Of a stretch of 64,000 bases of DNA, positions 49,651 through 61,632 are shown piece after piece. The DNA is from Hydrolagus affinis. Taxonomy: Eukaryota. The translations under genes and the position numbers were made by a program. The stretch spans positions 1-64,000 of the forward strand of contig JAAILG010000151.1 in assembly GCA_012026655.1 (NCBI GenBank), read 5' to 3'. The notes beneath the pieces were generated by a model, which was not told the origin of the DNA, searched no databases, and saw only the letters and a program-made list of their open reading frames with translations. Position 1 is the first letter of the stretch, and each line of letters begins with the position of its first letter.

Positions 49651-52109
49651 ATTCTAGGACTGATGCCAAGCTCCATTCTTACACAATTCCATTGAAAGCA
49701 AAGATTTATCTGAATTATCTTGAAATTAATTGCAAACCAGTAGAGAATGGAAGTGTGTCCTGAAATCTGAAGGTTTACACATTGACTGATCTGTGGACCC
49801 ATTCTTATGAATTCGACTATTTTATGTATATTCTTCATAACATGAAGGACACAAATGATTCACCATTTTGTTTTTCATGCAACAGAAGGGATTGTGACTT
49901 GGCTGCCAGAGTTGAGGAAACCTTACCAAATGCGGGCACAACCTTGTATTTTGCAGAGGCTGTGTTGAAACTGAGAGCTGTGGAAATGTTATTATCATAG
50001 GGGGAAAGAAAACGATGTAGCCCACAACGGCAGCTGCAGCCTTGGACTGTGTGGAAAATTAAGGCAGATGATTCAATTTGGCCCTTGCCCCAAGTACATT
50101 TTAAAATGCTTCTGTGTGTGCAGAAGATAATGAACAAATATATTGAGATGGCACAAGATCAGTACTAGTTTAGCTGCTGAGGAGCCTCATTGTTCCCAGA
50201 AGAAGCAGACGAGAAGCTGGGTTAATGGGGGTTAGGGTCTCTCAGTGCGACACCTTTCATAACAACTTAGAGGAAGAATTTGTCTCCTTTTGCCCCAGGC
50301 CTATGTGGCACTCAAATGGAGCGTTTGATAAATGAAAGTGTATTTATTAATAATGAGAGGGAATGTTCGTATGATTTGAAAGCGAAGCGCGGCACAGAAA
50401 TGTGCTTTTCTGACACTGGAGGGAAAATAAATGGAGTAAAGTGTGAAAGTCCATTATGAGCTGAGGCAGGAGGATGTGACAGAGGGAGCAGCACGATTTG
50501 AAGATTAAACTGTGAGCTTTTCAGATGAAGCCACTTATATCAGGGGCCCTTGACAGTTTGTGAGAGAAGTGAAGCAGTGAAGAGATGATTACAAGAGAAC
50601 ATGACAGATAACTGCCGTCTTTTCTTGTTGACTTCCTTGGTCTGTTATATAAGGAAAAGCCATCGTGATCTGCATCGTAGAGCTGACACGTTCCTTCGCT
50701 TCAAAGTGTCTCTCATGGGCTTTTCATTCCTCCTTTTCATCACAATCACATGTAAAAGAATTAGAAATCAATTGGTGGTTGCATTTCGAGCCTCTCGTTT
50801 TGAATCCTTTGTCCTCTCACTCTGCCCCCCCCCAACTGCCTCTTTCCCCCCACCCTTTCCCTCCCCCACCTTTTCACCAGTCCGCTGTCTTTCACCCATT
50901 CCCTCAACATTCTTGGATTTCAAATGGTCCAAAGTGTAACAATAGCAAACCAATCTTATTCGCAACCAGTTTCTTGGTTAAATGAGCAATGTCTGGACAC
51001 CCGTTGAGATCTGCGGCAGCCATCTATGTGATCCCAAGGCATTTTCTGTGCTCCACGGATGAGCTGTTTGCTGTTGTTGCATTGTCTCTTGTTCCGTCTT
51101 GTTGCATTATTTAATGCACTGTAATGAATGGCTTAACCTAAGACAACCTCAGAGCAGCACCTGCTTTCGGGTTTCCTGCTCTCGTCACTAACCAGGAGTC
51201 CTGCTGGACGCGCAGGGAAACAGGATGAGGTCAGTGATAGGTATTCTCAAACACCCCCAACTCCATATGGAGCCTCTTGAGACTCTGGTGAGAACTGAGG
51301 GCTCCAGAGGACTTGTTCCAAACAGCATCTCATGGAGAACGATATCTGGGGTGGGTGTGATAGTGACGGAGTGGATTGTAGAGTTGACTTTTTAATTTAT
51401 TTCGCTGCTCAGTAACTCCTCCTACCCGAATTGTGACTGGAGCTTGTTAGGGTAATTCGGAATGATTAAGACAGGTCGGTTTGGCTTGCCAGTGGGTGTG
51501 TGGCCTCCTACTGGCAGCCAGCAGGTGGAAAAGAACATGATCTGTCAAATCAGCTGATGACCCTCTTAATTCCAAGTAGTGCGAGCCAGAGGAACAAGCG
51601 GGTTTAATAATTGATACTTACTCTAATAGGTTAATTGCAGTGGTATTCATTCTAATTTGCATTCTTGATCAGCATATCACAGTCAGTATGACTTGGGCAG
51701 ATTTTTTCCTCTTTTTTCTCTGCTTGTTCATTGCAGTGCAGTTAATTGCTGTCATTCCCTGAGTCATCCAAAGCATGTTGATTTAATGAATGCTTAGTAT
51801 GCAGCTCCTGGGGGTTTGAATGTTGCATATGCTGTTTGTTTATGGAGGAAACCTTTCTGGTATAATTGTGGCCAGGTGGCTGCTTACAACTATTTATAGA
51901 ATGATCGAGAGGCAGGAGCAGCAAGCACTTTATACGCATTCTCTGCGAACTCCCTATTCCACCTTCTTTGCATGTCGCGCCTTTATGTTGGCCGTTGAGA
52001 GAGTAATTTTAAAGTCTGCTAATCAGGCTGCCATTCACAGCTGCCCTCATGGCTGAGATTGGGAACTCACTCTATGGGCTGACACGCTACATTATGGTTC
52101 CTATTTCTG

Positions 52110-52386
52110 AATAATAATAATACTTGCATTTTAATATTAATAATCCTCACCCCTTCCTTCCTTCAAGACCCTCGTCTTCGACTGTGCCTTCGATCACCCT
52201 CCCCAATCACGCCCCCCCTAGCTTGGGTCCGAAACACTGATTGTCCTGCGGTTTGGGACATCCTCCCAACGTGAAAGGCGCTATCTATACAAATATAATT
52301 TTGTTGTCAGTGCTCTGCCGCTGTTAAGCGCTTTGAGACACCGTCTGGCATGGAGGGCGCTATATCAGTGCACGTTGTTTGTTGTT
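52110..52386 (+). mobile_element. Cluster of L2/SINE 3' ends just upstream of the exon: short minus-strand tail (52110-52145), L2 3' end with type-1 tail (52146-52308) and type-2 tail (52322-52386)
   Basis: ccttcaagaccctcgtcttcgactgtgccttcg..gggacatcctcccaacgtgaaaggcgct and aagcgctttgagacaccgtctggcatggagggcgctatatc..ttgtttgttgtt. Confidence 0.85.
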
Positions 52387-52620
52387 CTCATTTTGATTAT
52401 TCTTCAGTCATTTATTTTTGAACCTTAGTTAGTGTTAGGCAGCAATGTTTGCTTGTGTAGAAGGAAACGCTTCCCTACCCACAGCTGCCACGTTGGTTTT
52501 GGAGCGATCTCTTTCATCAGCAGTCGTTTTAAATCAGCGAGCTTGTGGCATGCGCTGTTCACTATCAGCCGATATTCTGGCTCTGTCATAACTCCAGTTT
52601 CTCCCTCTCTTGTCATGCAG

Positions 52621-52722
52621 ATGAAGGTTTCTTCCAACCGTAATGGCAGGAACAGCGAGGACGACAGTGTCAGAGAAGCCAACAGTTCACAGCGGAGCAG
52701 CTCCAGAGACAAGCTTAGTGAT
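52621..52722 (+). CDS. fbrsl1: Internal coding exon (exon 3 equivalent) of fibrosin-like 1, AUTS2 family: MKVSSNRNGRNSEDDSVREANSSQRSSSRDKLSD
   Basis: Polypyrimidine acceptor tttctccctctcttgtcatgcag| and consensus donor |gtaagt, 102 nt, phase 0/0. The peptide matches recalled human FBRSL1 [30 protein letters not shown] and AUTS2 ..RSSSRERLSD. Confidence 0.92.
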
Positions 52723-54514
52723 GTAAGTACACTCTTCAGAGAAAGAAACTGCAATTGGTGTTCAGCCGTGGTGACAGGCTGCTGGAATTGCTTTGTGAAC
52801 AAGGGATTTTGAAGTCAAGAATGGAGATGTTTTTATAAAATGGCATGCAATGCTTCATTCTGCTGTTAGGACAGACACCCCCAACTGCTGGGAATTTTGA
52901 GTGGTGCACCACTCAAACAGGATTTGCTTATTAAAGGAAAGGAGTTAGGGATCTGCAAAGACCTTGATGTTCAAATGCCATTATCACTGAATAATAAAAA
53001 CACTTATTAGCTGGTTAGTACTGCACATGATAATGAGGTGCAACTAGACAAATCATCCCCTCCCTTTTTGACAGCACTGGTATTTCTAACAGGCTTTGAC
53101 TGGCAATATTTCCTGTGAAGACTATACTGAATATTTGAAACCATTCCTTATTGTCTCACTGATCATCTACAAAGTGTACAAAAACTCCACACTAACACTG
53201 ACACAGTAATGCCCTTTGTACATGTTGCCCAACCATATACCTGTTGAATAACTCACATATAATGCAAAAGTTTTCGAGGAGGTTTTTTGTTAAAATGCTT
53301 TTGTTGTGATCAAACTCTGAGTTCATTGGCATTTTTAAGTCTGCATATGGAAGGCTCTCTATTTTTGTTCTGAAGACTTGTTCCGTTTGTATCACCTTCT
53401 GTTTCCTGTCGTACCTTCACAGAGATGGGACAAAATGTCTACACTGAAATTTAACCGTACCTGGCAAACTATTTCTATTCTATTGATTAACTGCTTGCTC
53501 AAACCTATTCAGCATGTCATGCTACCATGAGCTACAACTAGTACAGACCTGTATCGACCCATTGATCTGAATTGACATCAGTTGGATGAGGATCAGGGTT
53601 TTGGTCGATCAGTGAGATGCTAGTGCCCCACCTGCGCTCAGAAAATCCACACTTAGAATTCAAATGGCTCTTAACAGCAACATTGAGCTTTCCAAAGGAA
53701 ATGTTTTCATGTTTTTGAAGGACAGAATACAGTTTTTTTAAATATATAAAAAGGCAACAAAATCACCAACCACCACCAGTTCCTAAAAATGCACGTTAAC
53801 AGGGAGGGCCCTCAGGACATATTTGAAATCACGTTTCCACTTACCTCACAGCGGGAAAACTACCGCAAACTTCAGGAGCAGTCAATATGCCGAATTCACT
53901 ACCGAGGTCCACAACAGAACAAGAAGGCAGCAATTCTATCAACGTCAACTCACACTAAGGAGGTAAGATCCAGCTGTACTGTACGAGGGGTTTCAGGACA
54001 GTGGGTCAATTGAAAGCTGTTGGCCTTCGATTGGCTTGCTTATCCTCAATTCCCTGGTATATTATAGGCAGACAACATTATTTAGTATAATTGCATGGAA
54101 GGTGTGTACATGTTCACACCACACCTTTACAATAGGATGTTCTAATACGCAACTCATGCATGCGCTGCATTCCAGTTATAGTGCACAGCTATTCGTATCT
54201 CATGTACAGATTATTGGGGTTGAACCTGGCAGCTGTAACCTTGCCATCAGGTTAGCCTCCAACTACTAATGCAGGAGATAGGCTTACATTTAGACTAACA
54301 TTTGCTAGTCCTAAACAGGTTTGTAGGTTAGGAATTAGGGTATATTTTTAATACCCAGTCAATTAAATTTAAGCCAATAAATGGAGGAGCATGGATACTG
54401 AGGGGGGGGGTTACAAACTGTTAATCTGATCCGAGAAATTCAGGCGTCATCAGAGATAGGAAAAGGCATGAATAGTTTACAGATATGAGCCTCGGAATGG
54501 ATTATAGGCACAAA

Positions 54515-54875
54515 ATCAACATCAATAACAAAATTACATTGATAGAGAGCCTCTTGTGTTTAGCAATGTTCCACAACAGCCATGAAATGTTCAAAAAGTC
54601 CCAACATAGGACAACCTGACTGGGATGATGGTGCTACCATCTGAGACAGGCTAATCATCACCATAAATAACCCTTACATTTGACATGGATCCTACAGATT
54701 TGTTAGGAACATCTCAAAGTGCATCACAAAGCTTCTGCAAACAATAGCCAATAGTTATTGACAAACACGGCAGTTAATTTGCCCACTGCAATGTCTCCCA
54801 AACAGCCGAGTTGGCCAGGACACAGGGAGAAGCTCCCTTCTCTTTTGATCAATAAGTGATAAAGATATTCACTAA
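54515..54875 (-). mobile_element. L2 tail remnant (54515-54575) and old DeuSINE 3' half (54660-54875)
   Basis: caaaattacattgatagagagcctc; gaacatctcaaagtgc..aaacacggcagttaatttgcccactgcaatgtctcccaaacagc..ttggccaggacacagggagaagctccc is the reverse complement of the Deu domain and tail. Confidence 0.65.
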
Positions 54876-57800
54876 CTTCTTACTGAAACCCAACATTTAC
54901 TGGTGCCTTGGCTCAGTTGCATTCACTGTGTTACAATATAGAACATTAATTTTCTATAAATTCCGGTGAATGAGTTGCATGTTCTTGTAACCTGCAGACT
55001 TGGGAGTTGCAACTTGTGCACGACTTCAGTTGAGAAATGTTATTATTTTGCTATATACACTGGGCATGCAGCTATTAAAACATTGAACCCAGCGCACCAC
55101 ATTTTACGGTAAATTAACCAACAATATTCTGCAACCTATTGGTCACATATTAGGAATTGAGATTAAAGTATTTTAATACTTTCCCGTTGAAAAATTTAAT
55201 GATAATGGAATATTTTCCAAAATGCACTTTTTTTTTGCCGTTTGGAAGATCGTAAGTGAAGTCATATTTATCTGGAAGCAAATGTGTAATTTGGGCTGTA
55301 AACCTGAATAAAAATCCATCGTAAACGGAAAAGTATTCACTTATCAGGAGTGAACAGAAACGTTCCATTATTGAAAGTTAGCACAGTGGTGTGGAAAGAA
55401 AATGGTTTGGGGTTTTCAAATTTGATTTCACAAATATTGTATTGACTTACAAGGTAGGAAATCACCACGCTTCCTGCATCATCTATAACTGCAAAATGCT
55501 GCCTTTCCCTGAAAACGCTTTTTAAATCTTACTATCACATCTCGAGACGCAATCACAGCAGGTTGTAGATTGAAACAAAATTTGCTCAATTAATGGAACG
55601 TTCGCATGATAAAAGTGGAAAGTCTTTAACACTGGGAAATTCTTACACATCAAAGTGTTACACAATACGTTAGAGTACGTCTGTCTCTGTAAACCGTTGG
55701 AGATTCATTCTGCAGTTTTGATGCTGTGAAAATGCTTGAGTGTTTCTTACAGTACATTTCTCAATGTAATTTTATTCCCCATATATTATCTAAAATAAGT
55801 CATTCAGAAAGCGAGCTTTATGCTTAAGTATTTATGATATCAGCACCCCTTGATTGAATTGCCGTTTAATAGCTCCTCCACAGATTTGTTAGTCTATGTA
55901 TAATTTATAGCCAATTATTTCATAAAAACTTTGTGTCATCGTAATTTATATATACATGAGTTTGTTAATTTTAAGTTCCAATGCATGTCAGAGGCAAAGA
56001 GAATCACTGTTTGGATCCAGATGGCAGAAACTGTAATATATTTTTCTTTAAAAATAATTCAACAGAACGATGCCCTCAGAATAGCCTCAAACTGGCACTC
56101 TCCAGATCTCCGATAGGTAAAAATACCCAGCCAATCTATAAAATAATCGATTGCTGGGAATCAGTCAAAAGCCTGTGCCAAACGTCAGCTTTCAATCAAT
56201 ATTCATAAACCTTAATCATCACACTTGTCCTTTGTCTCATCTGAGCCGGGTTGGATTGCAGTCTCGTCACTTACTCTCTGGTGTCTCTTACTCTGCATAG
56301 ATGTATTCCACACAATGTTGAATATTCTTAATGTGCAGCTTGACCACACAGAATAATATTATATTCACATTTATTCACACTCACCATCGTTAACTGACAG
56401 TTTAAGCAATCAAACCCAATGGCTGACAGTTATTTCACTTCTAATTACAGATTTATTTAATAATGAGCCACAGTTTGCCATTTCACAATCAGATGTGCAA
56501 GGCAGATTAATGTTCGAGTGGTCAAACATGGCAGTTTAAATGAGAGCTTCGTTAAAGCAAGGTGAATTTATGCAATTCCCTTACTGAGGTTTCAATGTTC
56601 ACTGAAATATACTTCATAATCAGAAGCAGTCATGAAAACACATCAACCTAACAAAATCCAATTGGACAGTTCATTTAGCTTTCAAATTAAAAACACTACC
56701 TTTCCTTTCGATGTGAAGTATTTTTGATAGGATTCCGAGTGAACATAATATATTGGTTATTATGGCTTTCATTGTCCATTGTGCAGCTAATGGCTGAAAA
56801 AGACTTGCAGCAAATGTGTTTGGCATCTCAAAGTATTTATTAAAAATGTCAGCCGAAAACTGGATCTGGCAGATAAAAGCAGGGAGCGGGCTTGACAGTT
56901 TTGACAGCAAGAAAATTCTTTGTGCATGTATAGCGTGAGAATTGTATGCAGTAAACACTTCACGCTTGTGAGGATGTGTGTCACTCTGATCCCCTGCCAG
57001 ACTGAAGCAGTGCAGGCTGTGGGCACCAAGCACCTGGGGAGGTAGTTTATGTTATTAAAGCTCCTCGGAGAGTTGTTTGGTCACATTTTGGATCCGCAGC
57101 CAAGGGCTTCAGAGGTTCCAGCAGTATTAATTCCACACATCATAATGTGCCAGGCTGGATTTCCAGTGTAAAAATGAAAAGATTTTACACCTTGTCACAA
57201 CAGTGGATCTTAGCCACAGTACAGAGCATCTCCCGTATTGACACCTCGGGCAACCTGCTCCGGATGTCGCCAAGAGGCAGCACACACAAAAGTTGCGTTC
57301 ATTGAGTTGCGAGATAAAAAGGAGACTCCACTGGTGAGTAAGTACGCGAGGCCCGGCTAGAGTTTTTGCAGCGAATTTTCTGCACAAAGCCCCGCCCAAG
57401 TCCCCAAATTGCGCTGTTGCTGTTGCCACTTGTGAGGGAGTGGGTTTCCAGGGGATTGAATTACATTCAGGGCAGGGTTTACGTGAATCGAAATTGGGCC
57501 TCCGCTTGAAAGTGAACAAAACTTTGGAGGAACAATCGTGTTCGTGCTAATGGCACATTAAACGCTGGTTAGTGGAGGTGAGGTGCACTCTCTCTCCCCA
57601 CCCCTCCCGCCCCCTCCCCCACAACAGGAGCGATGGAGAGCTTGAAATGGAATTGCAGCTTTCCCCTCTGTAGAGTGGTGCTGCTGCTGCTGGAAGCAGT
57701 GTTATAAATGTTGTGTTGTTTTCACCAGTTCAAACGAGGCAAAACAAAAACCTGTTGTGTTGATTAATTGCCTTGAAGATGGTGCTAAATCAACCGAAGT

Positions 57801-58594
57801 TGGTGTTTCACATTAACGCTTTAAACACAAAAAGTTTTTTTTAGCTTTTTCCGTGGACAGGCAACACTATTTTTTTTAATAGCTTTTCCCTTTTCTCAGT
57901 GTTTCTCAATCCAAGATCATTTGGAGTTGGCTACAATGTTAGATGTCTAATGAGCCTGTTACATTTCACACTAATCCTGCGTTTCACTTGGAATTGAGGG
58001 TTAAACACATTCTCCAAATGGATCGCAGATGTCAAGCCAGGAAGTGAGGGCTAGGTTTTTTTCTTTTATATTTCACAAAGGAAAATGTAGTTACACCAAA
58101 GTCTGTATTTCATATTGTTACATTTCAGGTGCTCACAGTTCAGCCAGGAGCAATTGCAAACATAGTGAAGCAACTAAAATCTGATTTATATTAATTGTAG
58201 ATAGTTTTGATGGAATGAAGTGTTAGTTTCTGCTGTGAAACAAACCCATTGGGAACCATTCATAATTATAATATTTTCAAACGACCACAAGAAAGGTTTG
58301 ATCTCAGCCTTCACAAGTGATTTCTTAAATGAGTCCAGTGTCCAGTGAATTCCGGCTTCAACCATTTCCCCTCTTGAGAGGTTTCTGTACAGGACTGAAG
58401 TTACCTCCTACACGAGGAATGATCTCATTCCGCTCCTTAATATTTGTCGCTTGTTGGGCAGCCTTGACACTGATGCATTTGGAAACCTATCACTAAACCA
58501 GACATAGTGATACAGACATGCAACCTACACACATAAATTTCCTTTGTGGCTAGAATTGAGTGTTGCTCTTCCTCTGGAATTAAGTAGGCAAGTG

Positions 58595-58715
58595 CAAGAA
58601 GCTGAGACCAACAGCAGAGGCTGAGAACTGAGAGGGAATTCAGCACAGACCGGGGATTGAACCTGGGCCTTCTGGTCTGTATGGTTCAGCTGCCAACTCA
58701 ACAGGCAGTGAGGCT
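58595..58715 (-). mobile_element. tRNA-derived SINE head of a second, older family (weaker copies near 8435-8480, 23505-23595 and 27140-27260)
   Basis: Reverse complement ctgaaccatacagaccagaaggcccaggttcaatccccggtctgtgctgaatt carries the B box ggttcaatcc. Confidence 0.65.
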
Positions 58716-59849
58716 CCTACAAACATGAGATTGAACAGACATCCTTATTGAGCTTCACTGTGCTTTCTCTGTGCCTTGTTTTGGAGATAGTCCATAGGTT
58801 GAATGTTGATTCACCTGAACTACTGAAGGCTGAGCTGTACTAGTTAGAAAATAGTTTTTTTTTTCTTTTAAATTTACGGATACAATTGGCCTTGTTCTGA
58901 AATTGCATTTGAAACTGTCCTGGAGGCATTTGGAATTGAGAGATTTTATATTGTGTTGTAATTGTGAAATCATCCTTCAATGGTTTGTTTTGTGTTTAAG
59001 GCCTGTGGTCTATCACACATTGACATATGTACGGACTCCCAAGTCTGCCACAGGCAATCTGAGTATCTCTATTATGTTCGGGGGACTTTTATCCTAGTAA
59101 CAAGCAAAATGCTTCAATTCATGTTTAATAGGCATATCGGATTATCATATCACCATACAGGTGGAAGCAGGAAAAGCATGTATATCTCTTAAACTCTTTG
59201 TAAGCATTGCTTTCTGCGTTGACGTATAGTTTGCGAGGTACTTAATGCCAAAGGGTACAGGTAGATTTATAGGCTACACCCGTTCTCTGAATGTGAATAA
59301 TTTGAATTTACCTTAATGTGCTTACCTGGAACTTTACAGTCTTATTCACCGTAATTCTCTTGTGAAAGAAGCTTCAATTGCAAATTAATCTTGAAATGCT
59401 GACTGGATGGAACCATTGTTTCCACTGCTCATTAGAGAAACCTGAAACCTACAATTCCTCCGCAACCCTGTGGTTGTGATTTTAGGAATTTTGAATGGGC
59501 CGGGGGGGAATAAAACATATTCCATAAAAATTATAGAAAATAAATTTCCACTGCCCCTCCCCTGCCTTCAGATTTCTTCTCTGCCTTGTTTTTAATGCTG
59601 GAAGGAGGGAGCTGTGCTGGAGTGGGCGTCCTGGGAAAGGAGGTGGGTTCAGGGGGATAGGGCAGGTTATGACGAGGGTGTGTGGGAGCTGTGTCAACTG
59701 GTTATCAGGCTACCACAGCAGAACCTGGCAAAACTGTAAATTATGTTCCCATCAGAAACACACACCACATCTACTTAATCTTGGCTTGCAGAGATGGTAG
59801 GAGATGTGCAGAACATACAACTTACATTTAGCTGGAAAATAATTCATAC

Positions 59850-60305
59850 TGTCCCTGTCCCAGGGCGCTGGACAGTCGGGTGGGGGGGTCTTTGGATCAG
59901 AGTTGGGATCAGGAGAGATAGAGGACAATTGCTTCTCCTTCAAACACAGTTTGTAGAGCAAGCACTTCAATATTGTTTGGAAATGCATTGATAGGGGTGG
60001 GAGGAGAGATAGAAACCTGAAAGCACAGTTGAAGAGGAAGCTGTTTGGACAGGACTTCAAGGAGGCAAGAGAGGGTTGAGGTGGAGGGATTGCAGGATAG
60101 CGTTCCAGGGTGTGGGAGCGGAGATGCTGAATGTCTAACCATCAATGGTGGGACGGGAAGTACCGGGGACCTGAAGCAGGCAGAGGGAGTCAAGAGGTGG
60201 GGGGAGCTAGACTGTGAAAGGCTTTGAAGTTTCAGATCGAGGGTTTTGTACTGGATTCTCTGAGGGACGGGGAGCCAGTGAAGCCAGGCAAGAACACAGG
60301 TGATA
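59850..60305 (-). mobile_element. L2 LINE 3' fragment, interrupted by a templated insertion
   Basis: Minus strand has LAWLHWLPV and PWNAIL-like remnants, then ctcttcaactgtgctttc, and resumes after the insert with cccaactctgatccaaa..gactgtccagcgccctgggaca (cf. 52215-52262). Confidence 0.8.
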
Positions 60306-60482
60306 GGTTCGCAGTTCTAAAGAGCGGTGTCTTAATCAATGTGTCTTTCTCATCCAAATTCACTAAATACCTACAGTAATTAGTTGTTCATCTCTCTGCT
60401 GGATCCTCAACGTTGCTACTGATTGGCTGACAGGCATGCCTGCACAATACATTATTGTATTTCAAAATCCTGTACCTCATTT

Positions 60483-60545
60483 TGTGAAGTGCTTTGAGAT
60501 ATCGTGACGCAGGAGGCTGTAAGAAACATAATTGTTAATTTTTGT
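60483..60545 (+). mobile_element. L2/SINE tail remnant
   Basis: tgtgaagtgctttgagatatcgtgacgcaggaggctgt. Confidence 0.55.
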
Positions 60546-61567
60546 AGGGAAAGGTGCATTTTCCACGAATTTTGCTGCACCTTGGGGTGTAGCCTCACTC
60601 AGGTTAAGGTGTTGAGACGTCTGCAACTCTCCAGCTGACGTGCACAAGAGAGAAACAAATGGAGGTTCTCTAAATTCGCTTGTTTACTCTGCGACTTGCC
60701 TTTCCGTCTGATGACCTGGATCCAGGCTCTCTCACCCTACACAAACTGCCTGATCAACACCCAAAACGTTATGTCATTCTGTGTGGCTCAGTGTCACACC
60801 AGGAACCCTACTTTTATCCCCATGCGCCATCAATGCATTTTCCCAAACAATATTGAAGTGCTCACTCGACAAACTGTTGGAAGTGAGATGCAACTTGAAA
60901 TAAAGCGTTGGTTTATGGCAGATCCACTCTCCTTCATCACATTGCCAGTAAATACACGTGTTTAGCGCATGCTCCAAGGAACCTCCACACTCGCTCCGCA
61001 CTGTCGTACTCCTCACCCGCTTCCATCTCCAGGCTAATGTGTTTTGAACCACAGTAACATATTCCACTAACAGAATTGTCTACAATCAATTCGAAGTGTT
61101 TTTTTGTGAGATGTCCTCTGGGCCTGTACATTTCTCTAATTCTACTTTATAATATTTTCAGATGTCATTTGGTACAAAAGATGTGCGAATTTCAAAAGCT
61201 GAAAAGGCCTTCAGTACTCACAGGGTTAACCCTCCAACCAAACAAGTGAATATACTTTTTTTTGTTTGTTTTCTGACTGTGTAGGACATTTAACCTTTGA
61301 GGACATTTGGAACAATGTTTAAGATAAGTTAAGCAGTGTTTCGATTTGCTCAGTTTACACAACAGCACCCTGAGAAATCTACAGTTCAATCATTTGGGAA
61401 ACGGTGCAGTGTTTGATTGTGCATATTGAAAAGCTGCCGAACAACTATTCTATTGTGGCCAGAAGGTTGTTGCACACTGCTCATGCACTGCACTATTTAT
61501 CTGCTTGCCCACCTTTTTACTATCGCTGATTGAAATAAATGTAACCGAGTTTCAACTGATTATTATA

Positions 61568-61632
61568 TAAGCGCTCTGAGACGCTGCCCTGCGTGGAAGG
61601 CGTTCTGTAAGTGCAAAATTGTTATTATTGTC
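61568..61632 (+). mobile_element. Isolated L2 3' tail (type-2-like)
   Basis: aagcgctctgagacgctgccctgcgtggaaggcgttctgtaagtgcaaaattgttattattg. Confidence 0.75.

Noticed and set aside
1-52620. fbrsl1 exon 2 (KDMALKP..) or the alternative terminal exon 3 reported for short human FBRSL1 isoforms
   Set aside because: I found no matching peptide or long + strand ORF by eye. They probably lie upstream of the window, although a diverged exon or one inside the gap cannot be excluded.
52432-52812. 126-aa ORF as a stand-alone gene
   Set aside because: Only 52621-52722 is bounded by splice sites and homologous to FBRSL1. The rest is open intron sequence.
59909-60965. Shared peptide FPNNIEVL in two ORFs as a protein motif
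   Set aside because: It is a by-product of the DNA-level inverted duplication reported as a finding.
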